From Minisyncoccota bacterium (GTDB taxonomy: Bacteria > Patescibacteriota > Minisyncoccia > Phycocordibacterales > Phycocordibacteraceae), in the NCBI GenBank assembly GCA_036517735.1, contig DATDUD010000020.1, positions 1-54,048 of the forward strand: a stretch of DNA of 54,048 bases, written 5' to 3'. The number at the start of each line of letters is the position of its first letter. Position 1 is the stretch's first letter. Below are positions 45,715-52,704 of this stretch, in pieces. Below the pieces are notes generated by a model. The model was not told the DNA's origin. It ran no database searches and saw only the letters and a program-made list of their open reading frames with translations. The position numbers and the translations under genes were made by a program.

Positions 45715-46803
45715 ATGCACATACAAGCAATTCAACAGACACATCTGTACGCATTTCTCATTGGAGCTGCGTTTCTTATCGCAAGCTTCATCCCTCTAAC
45801 TGCTGCCGCAGCGAGCAAGAGGCCAACCTGCTCGCTTAACATAACGACTGAGGCTGGGGAAGCAAAGATAACCAAAGATGGCGATATCATCGTCCTTAAG
45901 GGAGAGGAATTCGAGGTCAAGTGGACCGGAAAGAACGCCGAGGAAGCCGAATTAAATGGTGAGGAAATTGATGTCTCGGACAGTGACGAATTTGCTCCCA
46001 CCAAGGCCACTACGTACGAATTCGTATTCAAGAGCGGAAGCCGCAAGGCAACCTGCGAAGTGACCGCACATGTCGTAGAGGCCGAAATCGAGACGACTTC
46101 CGCCAAGAAAGGCAAACCAACCATCAAAGGAACGGCTGACGGTCTCAAAAAGGTTAACGTTGGCGTATATACAGAAAAAGGAAAGAAAGTATTCGAGAAG
46201 AAGAATGTCTCGGTGAGGCGCGGCAACTGGTCCGTAAGGTCGAGCAAGACTTTAAAGGATGGTGAGTACGAGATTCGTCTTATGGGAGAGAAGAAGTACG
46301 AATTGAATGAGATTATGACCGGAAAGCTCACCATCGGCGAAGGCGAAAAGGATTCTGAAAATGGAGACGACTCTGACGGCATCATCTCCGTAAGTACTCT
46401 TCCTCTTCTTAGTGGAGGAACTATCCGTGCAGGCGAGACAAAGCCCGTCTCGTACCTCTATCTTCGCAACACCGGAAAGGAAGCTGTACGAGTTACAGGC
46501 TTTGATGTGAAGCAAAACGGGACGGCTAACGCGAGCGCCATCACCGGGCTCTCGACCGTCGATGACAAGGGAGGATCCCGCGGCGCCTCGAGTGTAAATC
46601 CTTTTAAGAACGGGATTGGATTTGCCCCAACAAACGCAGTCATCGAGCCAGGTGCGCTGAAGCTCTTCACCATCAAGGCAACGCTTGGTACAAACATATC
46701 GATTGGTACGAACCTGAAGCTTGATGTGACCGGCATTAAGACTAACGGATCGGAGAAGGCCACCTTCCCTCTGCGGGGTACGACCTGGACGATCGGAGGG
46801 TAA
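45715..46803 (+). CDS. secreted/cell-surface hypothetical protein with beta-rich (Ig-like) repeats
   Basis: ATG lies 6 nt after TATACT (45703-45708). N-terminal hydrophobic signal (LYAFLIGAAFLIASFIPLTAAAA). Lys/Glu/Thr/Gly-rich, beta-strand-like sequence. Confidence 0.75.
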   Translation: MHIQAIQQTHLYAFLIGAAFLIASFIPLTAAAASKRPTCSLNITTEAGEAKITKDGDIIVLKGEEFEVKWTGKNAEEAELNGEEIDVSDSDEFAPTKATTYEFVFKSGSRKATCEVTAHVVEAEIETTSAKKGKPTIKGTADGLKKVNVGVYTEKGKKVFEKKNVSVRRGNWSVRSSKTLKDGEYEIRLMGEKKYELNEIMTGKLTIGEGEKDSENGDDSDGIISVSTLPLLSGGTIRAGETKPVSYLYLRNTGKEAVRVTGFDVKQNGTANASAITGLSTVDDKGGSRGASSVNPFKNGIGFAPTNAVIEPGALKLFTIKATLGTNISIGTNLKLDVTGIKTNGSEKATFPLRGTTWTIGG

Positions 46804-46836
46804 CCTATCCACCACTAGTGGTGAGTATTTAGGAAG

Positions 46837-46865
46837 ACGTCCCGGACTTATCCGGGACGTTTTCT
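46837..46865 (+). terminator. rho-independent terminator
   Basis: ACGTCCCGGA-CTTA-TCCGGGACGT followed by TTTCT. Confidence 0.8.
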
Positions 46866-47103
46866 ATATCTCGGTAAGACGGGAGTAGCGGGGAAGTGGT
46901 ATCCGAGATTCTTTAAGGAATCAATAAGTGGGCCATTTTCAATCTCGGTCAATTTTAAGAATCTCAACTACGGAAGAAGTAGCAACTACCTAAAGTCTAC
47001 GGAAATACCAAGAATAGTTAGCAATTAGTAGAAAGAACTAAGGATATAGGGCCTTTACCTAAATTGTATAAATAGAAGGCTCATTTATAAGTACAACGCG
47101 AAA

Positions 47104-47128
47104 CAGATATTGTGCGAAGTATAAATAT
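47104..47128. repeat. 25-nt direct repeat, copy 1 (CAGATATTGTGCGAAGTATAAATAT)
   Basis: Identical 25-mer at 48121-48145. About 55 nt downstream shows looser homology (CTCAAG, CTTTAA.T.GGG, TCCCCT). A shared TATAGGGCC lies 50-63 nt upstream. Confidence 0.9.
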
Positions 47129-47367
47129 AAACCTCAAGATAGGCCTTATCCCACTTTAAATAATGGGATACTCCCCTCTTAATGCGTTCAAATTAACTTT
47201 GCTCAACACTCGTGCACACATTCTCTTCTACGCACCCATACGAAAATTATTTTCGTATATAAGGCGACAGGTAAGCCACTTCCCCGATGAAGTAACTGGG
47301 GTAGTGGGGAGCATGTCTAGATCGCTCTAGGTACCTATCCCTGGCTCCCCTGCCCTCCTTCAACCCT

Positions 47368-47384
47368 GAAAATTGGATGTGTCT
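47368..47384. repeat. inverted repeat, left arm (GAAAATTGGATGTGTCT)
   Basis: Its reverse complement matches 47881-47899 (AGACACACATCCAATTTTC) except for a 2-nt CA insertion. Confidence 0.85.
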
Positions 47385-47543
47385 GCTAGTGCCGTATGAT
47401 GGTGTTAAGGCAACCCTTGAGAAAGGTTGTCCGTTCACCAAGTTGGTGAGTCCAAATGCCATATCCATTACCATGGATACTCTTGCCCTCCTTCTCGTCC
47501 TTCTGATATTGCGAGAAACGAATAAGGGCTAATATCAGGCACT

Positions 47544-47570
47544 ACGCTCCCCTTACCGGGAGCGTTTGTG
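47544..47570 (+). terminator. terminator-like hairpin inside the non-coding island
   Basis: ACGCTCCC-CTTACC-GGGAGCGT followed by TTGTG. Confidence 0.5.
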
Positions 47571-47727
47571 CTCAGGTATACTGACACCAGATCTTGATAA
47601 CCCCAGTGGCCGTCTCAAGTAAGGCGACGGAATTATGGTGGGAAAGACCAACAACGCTGACGCCGCCCGGCGTGCGGCATCTTCCCCGCACGCCATAAGT
47701 CCGTTACAAACTAAGCGATACCACACA

Positions 47728-47838
47728 ATGCCCAACAGCAAACATGTAGTACATCGCGACAGTGGAACCGGTAAGTTCGTTACTGAAAAGTACGCGGACA
47801 AACATCCCAAGACCACTGAGCGCGAGATAGTTCCGTAA
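47728..47838 (+). CDS. possible 36-aa conserved-looking small protein
   Basis: MPNSKHVVHRDSGTGKFVTEKYADKHPKTTEREIVP. The R-D-x-x-T-G-x-F-V...A-x-x-H-P-x-T-T pattern resembles small proteins I recall from mobile elements. Unverified. Confidence 0.4.
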   Translation: MPNSKHVVHRDSGTGKFVTEKYADKHPKTTEREIVP

Positions 47839-47880
47839 GGAACGGCGAGCTGCCTCTTGAGGCGGCCGCTAGAGTTATCA

Positions 47881-47899
47881 AGACACACATCCAATTTTC
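47881..47899. repeat. inverted repeat, right arm
   Basis: Pairs with 47368-47384. The arms enclose about 500 bp. Confidence 0.85.
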
Positions 47900-48120
47900 A
47901 AAGTTGAAAGAAAGCTACCCCAAAGCAAGAAATCGTGTTCCTGTCTGGACAACACATTCGCTGTTGTGCGAACAGGCCATTACTTCCCTACCCTTTTGTG
48001 TCTTAGGTGGGAAATTTTTTAATTTATCCATCTAGAAACCCTTATTTCTATAGGGCCGTACGGCGCCCTCGTAGGACAGCGAAGATACAACCTTTTTCAT
48101 ACAATCGAGCTTCGTAGGGC

Positions 48121-48145
48121 CAGATATTGTGCGAAGTATAAATAT
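48121..48145. repeat. 25-nt direct repeat, copy 2
   Basis: Identical to 47104-47128. On the minus strand it reads ATATTTATACTTCGCACAATATCTG and so contains a TATACT box. Confidence 0.9.
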
Positions 48146-48373
48146 CCAAGCAGGCTCAAGTCTTTAATTGGGCTGAGTCCCCTTCTGTCAGCGAAAAATT
48201 CGCTGACTTTGAGCGATCTCCGTTTTGTACCTCTACTCCCCTCTGTAGAGGGTTTTATATGAAGCACACTATCGCTCCCGCGGTGGCGCTGATGCAGCGA
48301 GAGAGGGATGGCGGGGAATAGGTAGCGTATGTACTCGGGTTTTGGGGTATTTATTTCTGAGTTCCCTGCCCCA

Positions 48374-48661
48374 CTAGCTCTCCTGCATGTAGTCCACAAC
48401 AATGCTAATGATCTTCTGGACTGTTTCTGTGCAGTTCTTAAAGGTAATTCGGTCCAACACATTAGAACCGTAGATCCTTATCGGGTCGCTAATGAGTGCG
48501 TGAATGAATGATTGGGTTGTCCCATCCACGTTATCGAAGTTTAAAACCACCTCTTCTCCCCTCTCCAAAGCAGGAATTATCTTCTCGAGTCTTAACGACT
48601 GAGCTAAGTCTTTGTTTTCTGCAAATGAACCTGCGGATTCAAGTAGGTTTAGAGTTATCAT
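48374..48661 (-). CDS. STAS-like DUF4325 domain protein (95 aa)
   Basis: ENKDLAQSLRLEKIIPALERGEEVVLNFDNVDGTTQSFIHALI matches the DUF4325/STAS-like pattern. Lies 3 nt downstream of the ATPase gene. Confidence 0.85.
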   Translation of the reverse strand: MITLNLLESAGSFAENKDLAQSLRLEKIIPALERGEEVVLNFDNVDGTTQSFIHALISDPIRIYGSNVLDRITFKNCTETVQKIISIVVDYMQES

Positions 48662-48664
48662 ATT

Positions 48665-49636
48665 TTATTCAAATTTAGCTACCCTCTTATATCGATTTTC
48701 TTTCCGCTCCCTAATTGCCTTACCGTAGGTATCTCTAATCAGATCAAGAAGTGCATTGAACTCATCTGTTGAGTCTAGAGAGATATCGATGCCAATTACG
48801 GTACCATGCCACTGAGGCATGTTCGCTTTTTCAGAATGACGATCTAGGTTTGCATTTGCGTTAAGCGTAAAGGATCCATCATTTTCGTCCTTCCTTTTCA
48901 AAAGCTTGTACATTGCATTTCCACTGTAGATTACAAAGAAATTATGTTTCGTAACTGCAATAGATTTAATAAAGAATAGTCCCGCCCCTGCGTTTAGTGC
49001 AGTACCACCTTCTCTTGAAGTTGTTCCTGTAACACCCGGGGTCAGTGACAGCTTGATTGCGTCTAGATCGTCATTAGTGCGATGAGATCGGCTCAGGCTT
49101 GCGCGAATACCAATACCTGTATCCGCTATTCCTAGTCGAATAATATTGCTCTTCTCGAAATACTGTGCACACAGAATTGCGCCGTTATCAGATCTTGAGT
49201 GCTCAAGTACATTTCTTGCAAGCTCGCTAATTATGTAACGTATAGGTTCTGCTTGTCTTGGTTCAAGATGGAGCATGGGGACCATCTCTGTAATGAATCG
49301 TGTAAGGTCTTCAGAGTTACGAATTTGGGTCAAAGGAATAAACCTCCCAGAAGAGTCATGCTCCGTAATATCCATGCCGGACTCCACTCCAAGAAACTTA
49401 AAAAGTCCCATCCGTTCTAGATAATGGCCTGATCTTGCCTTGATTTTGGGGCAAGTAACCCTACCCTTTTCAAGGGTTAATGCTAGAGAAGCAATCATGC
49501 TGAGAGCAACTGGATGTAACCACATCCAGTTTTCAACCGCCGTAATATCCAACTTATCTGGCTCTGAAGGATCAAACCCATTTAAAAATTGGTCTATATT
49601 ACCCAGGAAAGCGCCATTTGGTAGATGAATCTTCAC
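48665..49636 (-). CDS. GHKL (HATPase_c) ATPase/kinase-like protein with unknown N-terminal domain
   Basis: N-box IISELARNVLEHS, G1 box GIADTGIGI, G2 box NAGAGLFFIK. The N-terminal ~130 aa are unassigned (WLHPVALSMIASLAL, YLERMGLFKFLG). GTG start lies 9 nt after TATACA on the minus strand. Confidence 0.85.
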   Translation of the reverse strand: MKIHLPNGAFLGNIDQFLNGFDPSEPDKLDITAVENWMWLHPVALSMIASLALTLEKGRVTCPKIKARSGHYLERMGLFKFLGVESGMDITEHDSSGRFIPLTQIRNSEDLTRFITEMVPMLHLEPRQAEPIRYIISELARNVLEHSRSDNGAILCAQYFEKSNIIRLGIADTGIGIRASLSRSHRTNDDLDAIKLSLTPGVTGTTSREGGTALNAGAGLFFIKSIAVTKHNFFVIYSGNAMYKLLKRKDENDGSFTLNANANLDRHSEKANMPQWHGTVIGIDISLDSTDEFNALLDLIRDTYGKAIRERKENRYKRVAKFE

Positions 49637-49687
49637 CCGGGAATTGTATATTATTTATAAATAAGCTGCAATCTCTATAATTCCCGG
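49637..49687. promoter_or_regulatory. 9-bp inverted repeat bracketing the ATPase promoter
   Basis: CCGGGAATT (49637-49645) and AATTCCCGG (49679-49687) flank a 33-nt AT-rich spacer. The spacer contains the minus-strand TATACA box. Confidence 0.45.
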
Positions 49688-49908
49688 TATTTTAAGCCAT
49701 ATTTTCCTAAAAGCTACTTCGCACGACCCCAACCTAATCCCCCAGTCCTTTACTGAACCTCGAACTTAGCTCCCCCCAACTGCGTTCCCAACATACCGAG
49801 CAAGCGTATATCCTCCAATAAGAACGGATGATCTAAATCTAAAGAAAAAATAGATACATAACAGCAATACGTTTGCGTTATCCACTCCTAATAGCAGCCT
49901 GTTGGCGC

Positions 49909-51156
49909 ATGTTCGGCCATAACCTTAGGTCTATGGTTATAGAGCTAAGCAGTGGTATTAAAGACTTGCGTGAGCTGTCCAGAAAGCCTCTTTCTGGACA
50001 CAATCTTTCTTCTGCCACATCAGCGCTTGACTCGCTCATAGCCATTGCCTGCGATGCTGAAGCCTCCGATTTGCACCTTGATCCAACCGAGACAGTTATT
50101 CTTGTACGCATTCGAATCGACGGACATCTTGAATCTTATGAGTCTCTCCCTAAGAAAATACACTTAGAACTTATTGCCCGCATCAAGGTACTTGCCGGAT
50201 TGCGTACTGATGAACACTTTACTCCCCAGGATGGCCGGTTTTACTACACTCAGAATGATGGAAGTAGGATAGACATCCGTCTTTCTATAGCACCTACTTA
50301 TTATGGTGAGAATGCGGTCTTGCGTTTTCTTGCTCCAACTCGACACGCGCTTTCGAATTTAGGGTTTTCTAACGTGCACGAGGCGCAGCTTGCCGACCTA
50401 CTTTCGAGGTCATATGGAATGCTTCTCGTCTCGGGGCCAACCGGGAGCGGTAAAACGACGACTCTCTATTCCCTTTTGCGTCTCATTGCTCAACGACCAC
50501 TTTCTCTCGTCACGATCGAAGACCCAATTGAGTACTCGATTGACGGAGCTGTCCAGATACAAGCGCGTAAGGGATTCTCTTTTGCTGACGGCCTTAGAAG
50601 CATTCTTCGACAAGATCCGGATGTAATTATGGTTGGTGAGATACGAGACGAGGAAACTGCGGGATTGGCAACGAATGCCGCTCTCACCGGACATCTAGTG
50701 TTTTCGACACTGCACGCAAACGATGCTCCCGGAGTTTTGCTTAGGCTTATGGATCTCAAGGTTGAGCCCTTTCTTATTACGTCGACGATTTCCCTTATTG
50801 TTGCCCAGAGACTTGTCAGGAAAGTTTGTGTGATCTGTGCGATTGAAGAGGAAATCAGTTTGACTGAGTATAATCAGCTTTCAAGATTATTTGACACTGA
50901 GATCCCGAAGCGCGTGGTGCGCGGTGGTGGTTGTGATGAATGTGACGGTAGCGGGTATCGGGGACGCATCGGCATATATGAACTGATGGAGATAAATCAG
51001 GAAATGCGTGAAGCGGTTCTTGCGAAAGTGGGTGCAGAGGAGCTCCGCATGCTTGCCCTCACGGCAGGCATGGCGCCCCTGCTGGCAGACGGCCTTTCCA
51101 AGGTCGCTCAGGGACTAACTACTTTTGAGGAAATACTTAGAACCCGATATGCATAG
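49909..51156 (+). CDS. pilB: type IV pilus / type II secretion ATPase (GspE/PilB family)
   Basis: Walker A GPTGSGKTTT, Asp box, Walker B DPDVIMVGEIRD, His box TGHLVFSTLH, tetracysteine CVIC...CDEC. The start is uncertain (ATG 49909 or 49933). Confidence 0.92.
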   Translation: MFGHNLRSMVIELSSGIKDLRELSRKPLSGHNLSSATSALDSLIAIACDAEASDLHLDPTETVILVRIRIDGHLESYESLPKKIHLELIARIKVLAGLRTDEHFTPQDGRFYYTQNDGSRIDIRLSIAPTYYGENAVLRFLAPTRHALSNLGFSNVHEAQLADLLSRSYGMLLVSGPTGSGKTTTLYSLLRLIAQRPLSLVTIEDPIEYSIDGAVQIQARKGFSFADGLRSILRQDPDVIMVGEIRDEETAGLATNAALTGHLVFSTLHANDAPGVLLRLMDLKVEPFLITSTISLIVAQRLVRKVCVICAIEEEISLTEYNQLSRLFDTEIPKRVVRGGGCDECDGSGYRGRIGIYELMEINQEMREAVLAKVGAEELRMLALTAGMAPLLADGLSKVAQGLTTFEEILRTRYA

Positions 51157-52243
51157 GGTTGCGAACATGTTTGATGTGATCTGGAGAAAAAGAGAGCTGC
51201 GCATGCGGCTTACGGACCGGATTCACCTGTACAGCCGCCTCTCGCTCTATCTTCGTTCTGGCATTCCAATCCGGGAAACTCTAGGCCTTATATACGGATC
51301 CGCAAGAAAAAAGGGTGACATCCACATTTTGAGACAGGTAGAAAAGGCGGTGTTGCATGGGACATCTCTTGAACACGCGCTTGGCTCTTTTCCAAATGCC
51401 TTTCCCGCCTTCGAAACTCACCTTATCGGAATTGGAGAACATAGTGGTTCTCTTCCGCAAAACCTGGCATATCTTGCTTCCCTGCTTGTACGGAGACGTA
51501 CGCTTGTTCGCAAGCTGCGTGGGGCGCTTTTGTATCCCTGCGTCATCGTACTCGGGACGATATCCGTAACGTCCTTTTTGCTTCTATACACATTCCCAAA
51601 GATAGTGCCTATATTTGAAGGTCTTAATACTCCCCTTCCCCTCTCGACTCGTTCACTTATTCTGATCTCGACCCTTGTTACTGAACACGGACTCATTGTG
51701 TTCCTGTCTTTTTGCACCTTAAGCGCCTCTATCTTTTGGCTTACACGTCTCCCACAGGTACCACGTTATTTCGAACGTATGACCCTGCGCACTCCCCTCC
51801 TTAAAGAGCTTGTACGCGGGTACAACCTTGCCCTTATCTCACGTACCCTTTCTACTCTACTGGCAAGCGGCATTACGCTTGTTGCAGCACTCGAACATGT
51901 CGGGAGTGGTATTCGGAATAAGGAGTATCGAGAAGCTCTGAAAGATGTCGGAAACCGGATTAACGAGGGGCGGCGTCTATCAGTTGCGTTTGGTGTCTAT
52001 ACAATGCTTTTTCCGCATACATTCGTGGAACTTATCGCTGCAGGCGAATCGACAGGCATGCTCAGTTCAAGCCTTAGAACGAGCGCTGAAGCTTATGAGG
52101 AGGAGCTTGACGAAAGTACGCGCATCCTCGCCACCCTTATTGAGCCGGGACTCATGATTGCTATGGGTCTTCTGGTGGGGTTCATTGCAATGGCCATCAT
52201 CACGCCGATATACAGCATTACTCAAAACGCAACGTTCCGCTGA
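51149..52243 (+). CDS. pilC: type IV pilus / T2SS platform protein (GspF/PilC family)
   Basis: Two T2SF repeats and three TM helices. Overlaps the pilB stop by 8 nt. Confidence 0.9.
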   Translation: MHRVANMFDVIWRKRELRMRLTDRIHLYSRLSLYLRSGIPIRETLGLIYGSARKKGDIHILRQVEKAVLHGTSLEHALGSFPNAFPAFETHLIGIGEHSGSLPQNLAYLASLLVRRRTLVRKLRGALLYPCVIVLGTISVTSFLLLYTFPKIVPIFEGLNTPLPLSTRSLILISTLVTEHGLIVFLSFCTLSASIFWLTRLPQVPRYFERMTLRTPLLKELVRGYNLALISRTLSTLLASGITLVAALEHVGSGIRNKEYREALKDVGNRINEGRRLSVAFGVYTMLFPHTFVELIAAGESTGMLSSSLRTSAEAYEEELDESTRILATLIEPGLMIAMGLLVGFIAMAIITPIYSITQNATFR

Positions 52244-52244
52244 T

Positions 52245-52703
52245 ATGAATCGTTCAAATCATCAAGCATTCACGCTTATCGAGGTTCTATTAGTTATTTC
52301 CCTTTTGGCAATCATTAGCAGCTTATCAGTGTTCGCTGGGAACGACAGCTATCAACGGGCACTTGCCGCAAACGACATAGAGCGCATTGTTAGTGTTCTC
52401 TACCGCGCTCGGAGTCTTGCTCAGGGAAGTGTCTGCAGCATTCAGCCTTGCGAGGAACCTAAACTCCAGGGAGTTCGTATAGAGCAAGGAGAAGTGTGGT
52501 TATTTGAAGGTAGCCAGTACGAAGAAGATACTGTAGTTGAGACATTTCTTTTAAGCGATGGACTTACTGTTACTCCTATGACGGTATTCTTTCTTCCACA
52601 CACTGGAGCGGCTACCGCCAACAAAACTATTAAAATACGGGATGCGTTTGGGAGAGAGCGGTCCATTGTGGTAAGCGAGGCGGGTGTTATTTCTGTAAAC
52701 TGA
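52245..52703 (+). CDS. prepilin-type N-terminal cleavage/methylation domain protein (pseudopilin)
   Basis: MNRSNHQA-FTLIEVLLVISLLAIISS class III signal. ORF 52158..52703 trimmed to ATG 52245, 1 nt after the pilC stop. Confidence 0.8.
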   Translation: MNRSNHQAFTLIEVLLVISLLAIISSLSVFAGNDSYQRALAANDIERIVSVLYRARSLAQGSVCSIQPCEEPKLQGVRIEQGEVWLFEGSQYEEDTVVETFLLSDGLTVTPMTVFFLPHTGAATANKTIKIRDAFGRERSIVVSEAGVISVN

Positions 52704-52704
52704 T

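Noticed and set aside
47553-47894. 113-aa minus-strand ORF in the island, plus 47247..47474 and 48097..48462.
   Set aside because: Their compositions are implausible. One is antisense to the more plausible 36-aa ORF and another overlaps the 3' end of the DUF4325 gene. None has the start-site architecture seen at real genes in this window.
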